Shown here piece by piece: positions 24,901-38,919 of a DNA stretch of 64,000 nucleotides. The stretch lies in NCBI RefSeq assembly GCF_009914755.1, contig NC_060934.1; one strand, 5' to 3'. This stretch comes from the human T2T-CHM13v2.0 reference genome, Homo sapiens. The number at the start of each line of letters is the position of its first letter. Positions within the stretch are counted from its first letter, which is position 1. Position numbers and translations under genes: made by a program. The notes under the pieces are model-generated. The model worked only from the letters and a program-made list of their open reading frames with translations, was not told the origin of the DNA and did no database searches.

Positions 24901-25552
24901 ACCGTAAACTTTTAAGCTAGTGTATGATGAGTGCCTACTCCATTCCAGGCATTTCCCATGCATTTATATTCTAAAGCCTATCATCTCCATGAAAAAGCAA
25001 TTGAGGCTCAGGGAGGGTAAGTGCCTTGCCCTGACTGCAGAGCTGGTGGGAAATAGAGCCAAGGTAGGAACTTAATTCTGTTGGGTGCCAAATGTCATAA
25101 ATAGGGTGATTCTTGTTTTTAACCTTCTTGATCTCAATTTACTAGGTCCTCGGGTACCTGCTGCTCTCATAAATTCTTATACCCTTGTGTTGCACTCTCA
25201 AGTCCCCTCCTGTGCCCACAGACCCCACCTGACCTGTCTCTTTTTCCCTCTTCCTGAAATCTGACTTGGTCTTTTCTCATTTATTCAGCAACTTGCTAGT
25301 CTCACTTTCAGTAATTTATATGAAAAGATTAATATACTACTCATCCCAGTGATATTTGCATTTGGAAAGAGGTCTTCTATGGGCAGTATTATAATAATCC
25401 AAAGGAATGATTCTTTAATATGAAAAAATTCAGGCACTTACTCTGAGAAATAATTTTGGTACATCTGAGTGTTCATGTGTCTGTGTGTTTGAATAGAGGG
25501 TTGCTGCTAGGGAAAGACTTACAGTAGTATTCTCCTAATATAACTCATAGTC

Positions 25553-25753
25553 CAGTGTTTTTCAATCTTTTTAAGTTAATGATCACTGAAGAACTTTTTG
25601 TTTTTCTAATCCTCTCTTCCCTAGATATACCACTATCTGTTTATGTACTACATGTAATCTGTGCTTTATACATAAAAAGAGTAAGATATTTTAGACCACC
25701 GAGAACCAATTTTGCCCCATTGGGGTCAACATCACTATGGCTGAAAATGCATG
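25553..25753 (+). mobile_element. hAT-Charlie MITE (Charlie15a-like)
   Basis: cagtgtttttcaatc...tctgtgctttatacataaaaagagtaagat...gaaccaattttgcccc...gaaaatgcatg. Confidence 0.7.
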
Positions 25754-25794
25754 CTAATAGACCAATGTTTCCCTGCATTTTTGAGAGACAAGAT

Positions 25795-26310
25795 AACCTA
25801 GTGTTAAGAGCATACTGAGTTAAAAATTGCAATTCTGCTACTTCCTGGCTGTGCCTAGGCAAGTTATTTAGCCTCTCTGTGCTTCAGTTCTCCTGTATGT
25901 AAAATGAGCATAAGAAGAGTCCTTATAGGCCAGGCGTGGTGGCTCACGCCTGTAATCCCAGCACTTTGGGAGTCCAAGGCAGGCAGATCACGAGAGAAGG
26001 AGATGAAGACCATCCAGGCCAACTTGGTAAAACCCCATCTCTACTAAAAATACAAAAGTTAGCTGGGCGTGGTGGTGCGCACCTGTAGTCCCAGCTACTC
26101 CGGAGGCTGAGGCAGGAGAATCTCTGGAACTTGGGAGATGGAGGTTTCAGTGAGCCAAAATCACACCACTGCACTTCAGCCTGGTGACAGAGGGAGACTC
26201 TGTCTCAAAAAAAAAAAAAAAATGAAAGAAAGAATAGTCCTTATATTGTGGGATTGCTGTGAACATTAACAAAGGTATATATATAAAGCATTTAGAACAG
26301 ATCTGGAGAC
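25795..26310 (+). mobile_element. MIR interrupted by AluSc
   Basis: ggcaagttatttagcctctctgtgcttcagtt ... ggattgctgtgaacattaa...aaagcatttagaacag. Confidence 0.75.
25928..26229 (+). mobile_element. AluSc-like
   Basis: gatcacgag..., cagcctggtgacagag; 16-bp TSD aagaa(g/t)agtccttata. Confidence 0.95.
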
Positions 26311-29300
26311 AGTTAAAATTAAGCATTATATAGTATATTTCTTGTCAAGGTGCATATAGAAAGAAATATTAGTTGTATCATACACAGGAATAAACTGGGG
26401 TAGGGGCTGATTTGGGGGTGTCAAATGGGACTTGAACAAAGTTAGTTTTGTATTATATATTTACTATAAGAAAAAACATAAACAGGAAAAACATAATCTC
26501 AAATTTGCATATAATGTTCAAACAAAACAGTTTCAGAAAGTGTACTGATACGTTTGAACTTATTGTCATCATTGACAAAAATTTTTGCTCAAATGGATGT
26601 GCTGGTAAATGGTCCAGGGGAGAGGCTTAAGAATCTTAAGTGTCAAATAATAATTATGAATTTAGAACATTTTTAGAAACAGTCATTTAGTGCCTAAAGA
26701 TAATTTTAATCACTGTAACTGTCTGAGCAGTGGCTTTAAAGAAGGTTAAATGTTTTTAACACTATGGAGATGGATAGCCCTTCCTATCTCCTGGCCGACT
26801 CCTAGCTTGCCTGTGGCAGGAGGCTGTCACACAATGGTTAGGAAGCTCTGGCTTAAATTGCCCCCTTGCCCATTCCTGTGTAAGACAGGCCCAGAACAAA
26901 TATGAACGAGATGAATTCTTCCTAACGGAAGTCCTTTTCAGAAGCACATTACTAAATTGTCTTGGTCCAAATAAAAAGAAAACCCAAGGTGGGCCTTTTA
27001 AAGACGAACTATTTCAGGCCCAGTTCTGAGCAGTCACCACATGGTTCATAAATGGGAGGGGCAGCAGGGTGACCTAAGCAGCTACAGCTCTGAATGGGAG
27101 CAGAGTGGACACTAGCCAAGGACCAATATAGAGTGGATGCTGAAGGCCAGTGTCTGACCAGGTAAGACTGGAGGCTCTGAAGTCTGTGTCTGAGCGGGTT
27201 TCCTCCACACAGCCCAAGGACAGGATTCCGCAGAGCTCATTTACTATACCCTTCCTCACTACACGGTGTGAAGAGTGCTGGTAGATTTCTAAAAATATGG
27301 AGTTAAATCTTCTCTTGCCTTTATTTGAATAATTCCTTGCATTTTATTATTATTTCCCAGCAGTGAACTCAGAGAAGAACTGCATGTTCCAGCCAAGCCT
27401 AATGATTGTTTTATAAATATTTATAAATCAGATACTATCTTCTTCTTTTCTTTCTCCTCTCTCCCTGGCTATACATTATTTGAAGGCTCATTCTTCCCTT
27501 CCTAGCAGCTCCTTTGACGTTTTGCTGGGCTTGGAGGGTATTCGGAGTTTGACATTTTTCTTTGATTTGCTTGCCTGTACTTTGGGAGTCTTTGTTAAAA
27601 AGCTTCATTCTAAAGTATTTAAAGTTGGCCTCCTAAGGCTGTCTCATTGTTCACATGTGCTGAAACCAAACTGAAGCCTCTTTGTAGAGATTTATGCTCT
27701 TTTGGAGCAGAGAGAACCTGTTTAGTGAATTCAGTTATCAACAGAGGAAACCTCACTCTTGTTGAGACGATGTCTTGTGCCTATCTATACAAACATCAGA
27801 AATCAGGAGGGGGAATAAAAGGAGAAAATAGCCAGAGCAAAAAAGTCAAGAATTGAAACCAATCACCAGTTCTATACATCAGGTCTTATTCCTGGAAAGA
27901 CCGCTGTCCACCTTCTGGCAGGGAACGGCATTCCATCTATGATGTTTGGAAGCATGCCCCAGTGGCCATGGCTTTCAGAAAGTCGTGCCAGACTAATTAG
28001 ATTAAGAACATAAGAAATATTATGTTGGATTGATTTCATTTTTTATTCTAAACCTGGAATCAATACAGAAGCTAATTGCTAAATAAATGAGAAGTTTCTT
28101 GTCTGATATCAATAGGTCCTTCTGATCATCACTGATCGTGATGGGACAATGTCATGGCAGGAAAAGGCACAGTGAGACTAATGGGATCTTCAGAGTGGTC
28201 AACACCTTAGCTAGAACTTGCTTTCCTCATTCCTAAGTGAGCCTAGAGCCAAATTTCTTATATTAAGATTTTCCAGGAAACTAACATTGATAGCAAAGGG
28301 AGATTTTTCTGTGCAGGCTCCTTCACTAAGAGAACTGTTGGAAGCAGGGGTGTTCCATCTTCACAATAGGAACCATCACCCCGACAATCACCAGAAGAAC
28401 TGCAAGGACAATAAAGCAAGAGTATGTCAAGTTTCTACTATGTAGCAGGACAGGTTTTGTACAAAGCGCTTATCCCACTTTCTCTAATTTTACAATGAAA
28501 GACACTGGAGAAACACTTAGTACAGATCAAAATATTTGAGGCAAGTGTATGGGATAAGTGATATTATTCCCAATCTTATGAGAGATGAGGAAACTAGGAC
28601 TTAGAGGAAGTAAATAACTTGCCAAAGGTCAAAAAGTGACATGGTTGGGAGAAACCTGAGACCACCTGACCCCACCACTGGTGCTCTGAAGCCCTTTACT
28701 ACCTCCTATAGTAAGGAGCTGGGCCCTGGGGGACAGTAGAAAGAGCTCTTTACTGGCCTCTATTTTCTCATCTGATGAAAACACTTAGAAGCCTTCCTGA
28801 GTTCTTCAATGATCCTGTAAAGTCCTCTGGATAGAATTCTTTGCTCAAGATACCTCCAGTAAGACCAAGGCAAGAATTAGCTTTTAGAATATCCTTTGGA
28901 GAAAGGGACAGCTCATTTTCTAGAGCTCTCCGAGTCCAGAGTCTTCCTGAAACCTAGTCCTGGGTTTTGAAGGGTGGTGTGGAGCTGCCCCAAGTGTTAA
29001 TCCAAGATGGAGAATCACATCTGGAGACATGCAAATTCCCTACCTGCTGCCAGTTGAGGGGAAGAACCATGGCATGATATACACCAGACCAGATAGAAGG
29101 CTGGCTGCCAGCAAGCTGCCAACTCACAAACCACAAACCCAGCAAAGTACCAAAGTGCAGCCCTCCCTGGCCTCTGTGGAAAGGCACAGGAAAGGGGGCC
29201 TGGGAATCAGACTTATCAATTTTTAAAATCTAGGCAAATCAAAACATTGAAGGGCTTCACCAAATTAGACCTAGTAGACCACATCCATCTGGATCAACTG

Positions 29301-29638
29301 GCACCATATTCAGCAGTGGTTTTCATACTTTTATATAATTAAACAATAGGCCCTTTACAAAAACAAAGTAGCAAGTAGATCTTCGCTCTATTAAAGGGTT
29401 AAAATTGGAGTTGGGAAAGGGGACGGGTGCCCACCTGATTACCTGGTCGGTTCACTGTGCCACTCAGGCATCTCCAGAGCCCCCCAGGATTTGTAAACTA
29501 TTCTCTGCTATATTTCTGGGAAACCATACATTTATATTAATTTTGAATATATTTTATAAGCAAAGACCGATTTCAGTTTAATCCAACTAATATATTGTCC
29601 TAACGCTCACAGAATTTAAATTGGTGAATTACAAATTA

Positions 29639-29966
<328 letters not shown>

Positions 29967-30314
29967 TTATATAATGCAAGTATCACAGAATTTTAAAATA
30001 AGATTCTTATAATAGAACTTTTCAAACATATATAGAATAGGTAGGCAATTTAATGAACCTCTGTGTATTAATCACCAAGGTTATTAACATTTTGTCAATA
30101 TTTTAGTGATCTCAACCCCTCTTTCTTTTCAGAAATATTTTAAAGAGAATCTCAGAACCCACATTATTTCACCCATAAATACCTCAGTATTCAACTCTAA
30201 ACAGCAGGGCTCCTTTTTGAGAAAACAAAAACCTATGTCATTATGACACCTCACAAAACCAATAGTAACCCTATAATACAATTGTGGCATTTTAAGCTTG
30301 AAATCTTAACCCAA

Positions 30315-30595
30315 TCAGCATTTCTCCAAGTATAATTTGAAGAATACTAATTTTGATGGATATTAACTGGTATTTTTAGACTAAAGGGTTTTATGATCAT
30401 ATTATGTTGGGAAACTCCTTATTTAAATAAAATTAGATTGTCTACCTGCAAAGTTTCTTAGAATTTTAATATGCTATGTTTCATGGGACCCTCAAACAAG
30501 GAAATAGACTCTATGGGAGTTTTGAAATTTATTTTACCTCTGAAACATTTTTTTTCATGAGACAGGAGAAGGGTTCCAAAAATACACTAGAGTAG
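30315..30595 (+). mobile_element. hAT-Charlie MITE (MER103C-like)
   Basis: cagcatttctccaag...aagggttttatgatca...gggaaact...tttaatatgcta. Confidence 0.6.
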
Positions 30596-31098
30596 AAAGC
30601 TGATTTCAGCCACTGGATCATCTATTTCTTGAGGCGCCTCCATATTTCTATTCCCAGAGAGTCAAGAGTCCAGCCTTGCTCTCAATGATGATACACCTGA
30701 GAGCAGGGGTTGTATCTTTGAAGAGATCCTTCCAAATAAAATACCTTAAACAAAGCAGGCTTAAGTACACAGATGTTTATATACTGAATTCCACTGACTG
30801 GGGTGAGCCATGAATTCATGCATCTCAGCATAAACTCATTGATCAACATAATTAGCCTATCAACTACCGCTGACAAGACCCTAGGAAAATGAGCCACAGG
30901 AAATGAGGAAGGAAAGACCAGAAATGCAGGATGTTTAGGGTAGAGGATATCAAAACAGAGGGCTCTGTCATGAGGCTGAAGGCAGAAGTTAGAGGAGAGG
31001 CTGAACTGGTGAAACAAGAGCCTAAGAGAATGGGGCCTCTGGGCAGCAAGGAGAGAAGAAAAAAGGGAGATCAAACGGCCATAAAACGCCTTCACTCA

Positions 31099-32458
31099 CA
31101 TTCACATTTCTCCATGATCAGTGATGTGGAGCATTTTTTCATATGTTTGTTGACCACATGTGTGTCTTCTTTTGAGAGAAGTGTCTGTTCATGTTTTTGC
31201 CCATTTTTAATGAGGTTATTTGTTTTTTGCTTGTTCAATTGTTTAACTTCCTTTTAGATTCTGGATATTAGACCTTTGTCAAATGCGTAATTTGTGAATA
31301 TTTTCTCCCATTCTGTAGCTGGTCTGTTTAGTCTGTTGATAATTTCTTTTGCTGTGCAGAAGCTCTTTAGTTTAATTAGCGCCCACTTGTCTATTTTTGT
31401 TTTGGTTGCAATTACTTTTGAGGACTTTCCCAAGGCCAATGTCTAGAATGGTGTTTCCTAGTTCTAGGATTCTTATAGTTTGTGGTCTTACATTTAAATC
31501 CTTAATCCATCTTGAATTAATTTTTGTATATAGTGAAAGGTAAGTGTCCAGTTTCATTCTTCTTCACATGGCTATCTAGCTATCCTAGCACCATTTATTG
31601 GATAGGAAGTCCTTTCGCCTTTGCTTATTTTTGTCCACTTTGTGAAAAATTAGATGGCTGTAGGTTTGCAGCTTTATTTCTAAGTTCTCTATTCTGCTCC
31701 ATTAGGCCATGTGTCTTTTTGTACTGCTACCATGCTACCATCTTACACCAATCAGAATAATGAATATTAAAAAATCAAAAAACAACAGATGTTGGCAAGG
31801 CTGTGCTTATACACTGGGAATGCTTATACACTGTTGGTGGAAATGTAAATTAGTTCAGCCACTGTGGAAAGCAATTTCTTGTACATTTCTCAAAGAACTT
31901 AAAATAGAACTACGATTCAACCCAGCAATCCCATTACTGGGTATATGTCCAAAAAATACAATCATTCTACAAAAAAGACACATGCATTTGCATGTTCATT
32001 GCAGCACTATTTACAATAGCAAAGATATGGAATCAACCTAGGTACCCATCAGCAGTGGAATGGACAGCCATAAAAAAGATGAAACCATTTGCAGCAAGAT
32101 GGATGCAGCTAGAGGCTATTATCATAAGTGAATTAACACAGAAACAGAAAGCCAAACACCACATGTTCTCACTTATAAGTGGGAGCTAAACATTGGGTAC
32201 TCATGGATATAAGATGGGAATGATATACACTGGAAACTACCAGAGGGGAGAGGGAGATAGGAGCGTAACAGCTGAAAAACTACCTGTTTGGTACTATGCT
32301 CGGTGCCTGGGTAACAGGATCAATGGTACCTCAAACCTTAGCATCATGCAATATACCAAGGTAACAAACCTGTTACCCTTTGAATGCAACATAAAAGTTT
32401 TAAAAAAGAGAAAAATAAAATTTATTTTATTTATTTATAAAAAAGAGAAAAATAAATA
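31099..32458 (+). mobile_element. L1PA16-like with 5' inversion (31099-31735 minus; 31736-32458 plus)
   Basis: ORF2p fragments on both strands; shared TSD aaaa..cttcactca at 31083-31098 and 32459-32473. Confidence 0.9.
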
Positions 32459-35400
32459 AAAATTCTTCACTCAAGTAGAAAGTGAAGTCCTATTTTAAGA
32501 AGAGTTTTGAATTTTAGAATTGTGTTTAGAATAAGACTATTATTTATTGGAGTTAAATAAAGTGTGTAATCTAGATCATTGCTACTCAGAAAACGGTTCA
32601 TGAGCTGGGATGAATAAATCCTCGAACTGTTTGTTTCTGGTCAGCAATGAGATAAGTATTAGAATGTGAAGAAGCCATATGGCATGGCCGGACATACAAG
32701 CAAGTGGTTATTTTCTAGTAATTAATTTGTACTGTTTTTTACAAAAGTATTAGTTTAAAAGATGTTGAACAAAAATAGTGCTTCACCACAGATGGTTTGA
32801 GAAGCGGAATCTAGATTATTCTTGAAAAGGCCCTGAGGAATATATCTTCTCTCACAGCCAGTTTTTTTTTATTGTGCATTAAAACAAGTAACTGTTTCTT
32901 TGTTGGAGAAACAGATGGCTTACATTTATAGGCCATCTTATTAGAAAATCATACATCTAATTCCTAGAAGCCATACCCAGCTCTGGGAGATACTCACACT
33001 TGAAGAGGCACAGAGGACTGGGAGGGAGCGAGGCTGCCCATCTCCTGTTCACTGGGGGTTTATTCTCACTGAGTAGAATAGCAGGAGGAATGATTGGCCA
33101 TGGTCAAATTATTCTCTCTCACTCTATCCTTCTCTCCCGCATCTTTTTGCTTACCACATACATTTGCTATTTTACAACTGTACAATGTGACTCCGTTATA
33201 CAAGACCATTGTTCACACATATGCTTTTGCTCTTTTCTAATATTTTCTCTTCTGACATTTTCATCCTAACTGAAAACAGAAATAAGCAAGAATTGTACTG
33301 TTATCCCATTTTACAGGCGATGAGCAGAAAGGATTTGAGACCTAACCAATTCACTCAGCTGGAACTAACATCTGACTGTTTGCTGAAAGGTCTGGACTTT
33401 TGGCCATGACAGGAGGCAGCTGGGCAGAGTCAGAGAAGTTCCAAAGCATTTTAAAAATGTAAATGAAACAGTGTGTGCAAAGAGCCAGCATGGAAACTGG
33501 CAGAAGGGGCATTCTCAATAAATGTTAGGTTTTTTTTTTTTTTTTTTTTAAGAAAAGCCAAAAGGTAGCATGAATTGAGGGAAGAAGTTGCGCCTTGAGC
33601 AAGACATAGCCCATGCTCTTTAAATTCACCCAGGGTTGACATTGTACAAATCATTTAAATCAACCTTTCCAAAGTGTTTTCCAACCTATGTTAATTAGGT
33701 CCCAATCTCTGCTACTTACTGTTTGACCTCCTTCAACCGTTTAAACTCTCTGAGCCCCAGAGTTTTTTCATCTAATAAAAAAGGTTGATATAATTTACTT
33801 TACAGAGAGGCCATGAGCTTTGAAGACAATATGCCTAGCACATAATGGACACTTGATAGTTGGCACGGTTGTGTTACATATACACGATTTTGCATTGGCT
33901 TTATCTAGCATAGAACAGTCAAATCAACCAATATATATTGAGCACCACCTTCTTGTTTGGAATGGATCTGCTATCCTTAATTGCCTATTCTTTGCTTCAA
34001 AAGTCAGGGAATTAAGTCCAAGTGCCAACAAGATGCAGCCACATGTACAAATAAAAAATGCCTATATGCATTTGCTTAAAATAATATGTATCCTTCTTGA
34101 ATTTCCCTTGTACGGCACAATATTTGAGGCCTGAAGGGATGATTTATTAGAGTCTAGCAGCACCGCTCTGTCGAAGCCAAATATACTGAAGGAAGATTAA
34201 GGGAGAAGACAAAACCATTTGACAGCATAATTACACACAAAACTTTTAATGTTATTGTGTATGTATCAAAGATACAGTATCAAAATTTAAAGAGATAAAT
34301 ATTTTAAATTTAGAAAATGAGAATAATTTTTGTTGGTGGAAATGAAAAAAACAGAGAATTTAATAATATGCCATTCAAACTTGCTTTAAGTAATTATGTT
34401 ATTTCAGATCTGCAAGATAAACAGGCCACACCACATAACAGGGCATGGGTTATAATTTAATAAACACATGTCCCACAAGAGTGATGGAGAATATGGCCAA
34501 AGGCTGAAATTGGAGGCATACATGATCTGGGGGTGTAACTTCATTTGTAAAATGAATCACAGTCTAAACTTGGACTCGGTTGACTTATTGAAATCATACT
34601 TTTGCACGAAATGTTGTTTTTCCTATAGGGGCACTTTTTCCAGCTTATTTTTAGTTGAGTTCTTTTGAACAAAGCACTCTAGTGTTTACTAGGGGCCAGC
34701 TAAGGACACTTTTTAAGACCTTTCTCTTCATATTTAATTTTCTTTGAACCACCTCCAAAATTTCTCCAACCACACTGACTCCCTCTCCCCCATTCTCTTC
34801 AAATTAACTGCAGAAAACAAATGTTTTGAAATTTTTCAAAATTTATGTTTAGTTGGCTTCTGTAATCACTCCTAACCCCAAGCAAAAGACAGTGCAGTGT
34901 GGTGGGAAAAATACAGGAGCAGGGTAACAGGATAGTAGAGTCCTAAGTCTGGCACTGACATTAATGATCTGGGGACAGTGAGAAAGCCACTCCATTGATC
35001 TTATCCTCAGTGTTTTTCATCCCTACAGAGTAGAATGAACCAGGGGAATCTTAAACCAAGGAACTAAACTATAACACTTTGTGATGCATATTTTCCTCCT
35101 GATTCAGTCAATGACATCAATAGAGAACTTTTTTTTCTCTAGTTCTACTACTTATCAAGTATATGATCATTGGCAAATTCATTTTGCAACATCAGTTTCC
35201 ATATCTATAAAATAGGAAAAATGTATTTCTCTTAAAAAAAGGTTGTAATGATTAGATAAGATTATCTATAGGTATTCAGTAAATGTTACCTATTATTTGT
35301 CTTTCTGGATACACAGTTTTGATTTATTTGGTAAGAAGTCAATAGATGCTGGGAGTTGTTCAGAAGACATTATTTTCAGCAATCACATTTCTTTTCTCAG

Positions 35401-35669
35401 TTTCCCTGTTGGGATCTCACCCAGCCTTTTTCTACTCTAGGGAAACCAGGCAAATAACAGTTTACCCCAGCAAAGGATGACCATACAATTGTTCCACTCC
35501 ACCTTCTGGGGACATGGTTCATGATTGTCTCATGCTGAAAACCATCTAGCTTTCATCATTGGTTTTGTCTTTTTTAATCCAAGATTCTAACGATAAGTAA
35601 GTGTCTTAAGACATCATCTTAGATTAAATTCTGGGGTCAAATTAAAATAAACTGATGCATAATCCCTTC

Positions 35670-35862
35670 AGGTATAGGCTCTGGGTTCAATTCTTGTCTC
35701 CTGACACCAGCTTGTTTATAATCTTAGGCAAGTTACTTCACCTCTCTTATTGTCTCCATCTGTAACATGCAAGTAATAAGATCACATACCTTGTAGAGTT
35801 TATGTGAAAAATAAATGAGTTGTTACTTAGGATAGAGCTAGCACATAGTAAGCACTATAGAT
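35670..35862 (+). mobile_element. MIR
   Basis: ctgggttcaattc...ttaggcaagttacttcacctctc...catctgtaacatg. Confidence 0.75.
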
Positions 35863-35874
35863 TTCATAACTGTC

Positions 35875-36202
<328 letters not shown>

Positions 36203-36449
36203 TAATTATTAAATTTTCTAGAAAGAGGGAAGGTGTGAGAAAATGAGCTCCATGTGAATGAACCACTTACCCAAGATTGTACTGCTGGTAGGCCAGGGCA
36301 AAAATGTTCAGATTAAAGAAGAATGCTGTTTAGACATGCATTAGGTGTGAAAAGGACATGCCACAAGTTCTACATAAAGCAGAAGGGAAGAAATACTGAT
36401 GGAACAAATAACTTTTTACTCTTTTTCTTGAAATGCATACCATTTGCCA

Positions 36450-36660
36450 GTCACGCTCATACATTACCTCATTAAACAGTCTTAGCAGCCCTCTCTGAAG
36501 TATCACCAGCTCCGTTTTACTGATGAGTACGTCGAGGCCTAGAGAGATTAAGTTGCTTGTCCAAGTTCACAGAGCTGGAATGTGGCAGAGCTGGGATTTG
36601 AATCTGCATTTGACTGACTTCAGAATCCATGTTTGTCTAGAATGTCATATTGCCTTGCAG
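36450..36660 (-). mobile_element. MIR
   Basis: ccgttttactgatgag...gaggcctagagagattaagttgcttgtccaagttcacagagctgg...gggatttgaa. Confidence 0.8.
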
Positions 36661-37884
36661 GTAGGGTGTTAGGAATCTGAGGAGTCAAAGAGGTGGTCTG
36701 GGAAATTTATTCTGATTTTTGGTCAAAAGTTTACCAATGCTATTTTATAGCCTCATACATTTTTCTTTAAGAAGTTTCAGAATGTGCTGATACCATCTCC
36801 CAAGATACTTCATCATAAAATAAATTTCTTAAAAATATTGGAAGATTGATAATATTTTCTCTTGCTTAAAAATGCTATTAAGGTTTTTTTTTCTAGATAC
36901 AGGGAAGTTAAATGACAATGGCTGCTAGAAACTCTAGTTTTATGTAATTTTTTAAAAGTTATCATTTTACAGTGAATATTAATTCAAAACATAAAATTTT
37001 GCAAGGTAGTGTGCCAAAATTACTCATAGAAACTCCAGAAATAAAGAGCACAGTATTAGTCATTTTTCTCCAAAGGACTTTCTTATTTATCTTCTTTTTA
37101 AAGCTAAAACCTTAACAAACTGTACTATTGTTGAAATGCAGAGATTTTCTTTTTTGCTTCAGTGATTATTCTTGAAAGAAAATGAGTCTTTTAAGAGTGA
37201 GGCTATAAATGGTGAAAAAGAGGGAAAAATGTCATCAGACAATCTTACTGAAAAACCTTAAAAAGATCAGAGAGTAACTTTCTGGTCTGGCTGTAGCAAT
37301 GTTTTTATTATGAGTTTGACATCTGACCTTACTGTCCTCCTTAACCAAAAATGTTCAACTTTTTATTGTACTAATTTCAAATTTATATGTGCATAAAGAA
37401 ATAACCTACTTTCTTGGAAACATGTTCCATTACAGATTATAAATAACATAGTGATTCAGTTATTTTTGAGCATATTTTTGTCCTCTCATTTCAGTTCATT
37501 TTGAGTATCACACCAAAAGATGATCCCTTGAAACAACACAAGAAGAACTTTTTATTTTTATTTTAATAAAACCACTCTTCTTTTTTATCACACTTTCATT
37601 AAACATTTTATGAATGTACTAAAAAATATTGAAGCCAACATTAAAATGCTGTACTCTCATGGCAGAATTATGCTCTTTCATTCTTTTCACTCTGCGTGTC
37701 ATGGAACATTCCAGTCACACTGTGAAATGTGGTCTTTATGAGCCCCTGAAGGTCTAAGTATGGACTCCGGTGCGAAAAATACCAATAAGAATATAAAAGT
37801 AAAATAAAACTGGATTAAATATTACAATGGCTTGTTCTATGAAAATTGTCTTTAAACTTTAAAGTGTATTTCACACCATTAATG

Positions 37885-38755
37885 TATTCATTTAATTCAT
37901 TTAACAAATATTTATTGAGGTTTTTCCACATGCTGATGTTGTGATATAACAATGAACAAATAAGATACACATCTCTGCCCAAAAAGCTTACATTCTAGAG
38001 GAAAGAGGCAGATAAAGAAGTAGAATGTATAGTTTATTTGAAGGTGATAGTGGCGATAAAGAAGAATAAACGAAGAAGTTCAGAGTGCTGGGTAGGATTG
38101 GGGGTTGCTATTTCAAATAGAGTAGGTAAAGAAGGCCTAACAGAGGAAGTAATTTGAGTCAAGATGTAAAAAGAAGTAAGAGAGGAGGCCGGGTCGGTGG
38201 CTCACTCCTGTAATCCCAATACTTTGGGAGGCCAAGGTGAGCAGATCACTTGAAGTCAGGAGTTCGAGACCACCCTGGACAACATGGTGAAACCCTGTAT
38301 CTACTAAAACTACAAAAATTAGCCTGGCGTGGTGGCGCTTGCCTGTGATGCCAGCTACTCGGGAGGCTGAGGCACAAGAATCGCTTGAACCTAGCGATGG
38401 TGGAGGCTGTAGTGAGCCGAGAATGCGCCATTGCACTCCAGCCCAGGCGACAGAGTGAGACTGTCTAAAACAGAAAACCAAAAAAAACAGTGAGAGAGGG
38501 AGGCATGTGGACACCTGGAAGAAGAGTTTTCTAAGGGAGGGACCAGTGGGTACAAATGCCCTGAGGTAGAAATGTGCTTCATATGTTGAAGAAACATCAC
38601 AGAAGCTTATGTTTAAACAGAATCTTTCAAGCTGCTGGTTTAAGGTTAGATAGAAAAGGGTTAAGGTGGAAGTTGAGACACTAAGTAGGAAGCTATTGAG
38701 TCCTGCAGGTAAAAATTGATGATGCTTGGACAGAGGTAGTAGCAGTGGAAATCAT
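37885..38755 (-). mobile_element. L2a interrupted by Alu
   Basis: attcatttaacaaatatttattgag...aagcttacattctag. Confidence 0.8.
38187..38487 (+). mobile_element. AluS (Sx/Sz-like)
   Basis: Dimeric Alu; approximate TSD aagtaagagagga/cagtgagagaggga. Confidence 0.95.
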
Positions 38756-38919
38756 ATAAAAAAAGAAAAAAACACATGAAAATAATGCTAACTTGTAATG
38801 GTTCATCTCTGCAAACAAGCACCCAAATGAGGAAAATATTGTTTGATATCTGCTTTTAATAGAATTTATTTTCTATTCTTAAAATCCATCTCATCAGAGG
38901 CTTTTAAAAATAGGCCTTT

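Noticed and set aside
27435-27610. Lys-rich minus-strand frames (e.g. FLTKTPKVQASKSKKNVKLRIPSKPSKTSKELLGREE) after a tttag acceptor
   Set aside because: No parent gene recognised, no poly(A) or TSD, no good donor; cannot support an exon or processed pseudogene.
30682-31257. 137-aa (-) and 108-aa (+) overlapping ORFs
   Set aside because: No recognisable family; the plus ORF runs into the inverted L1 segment.
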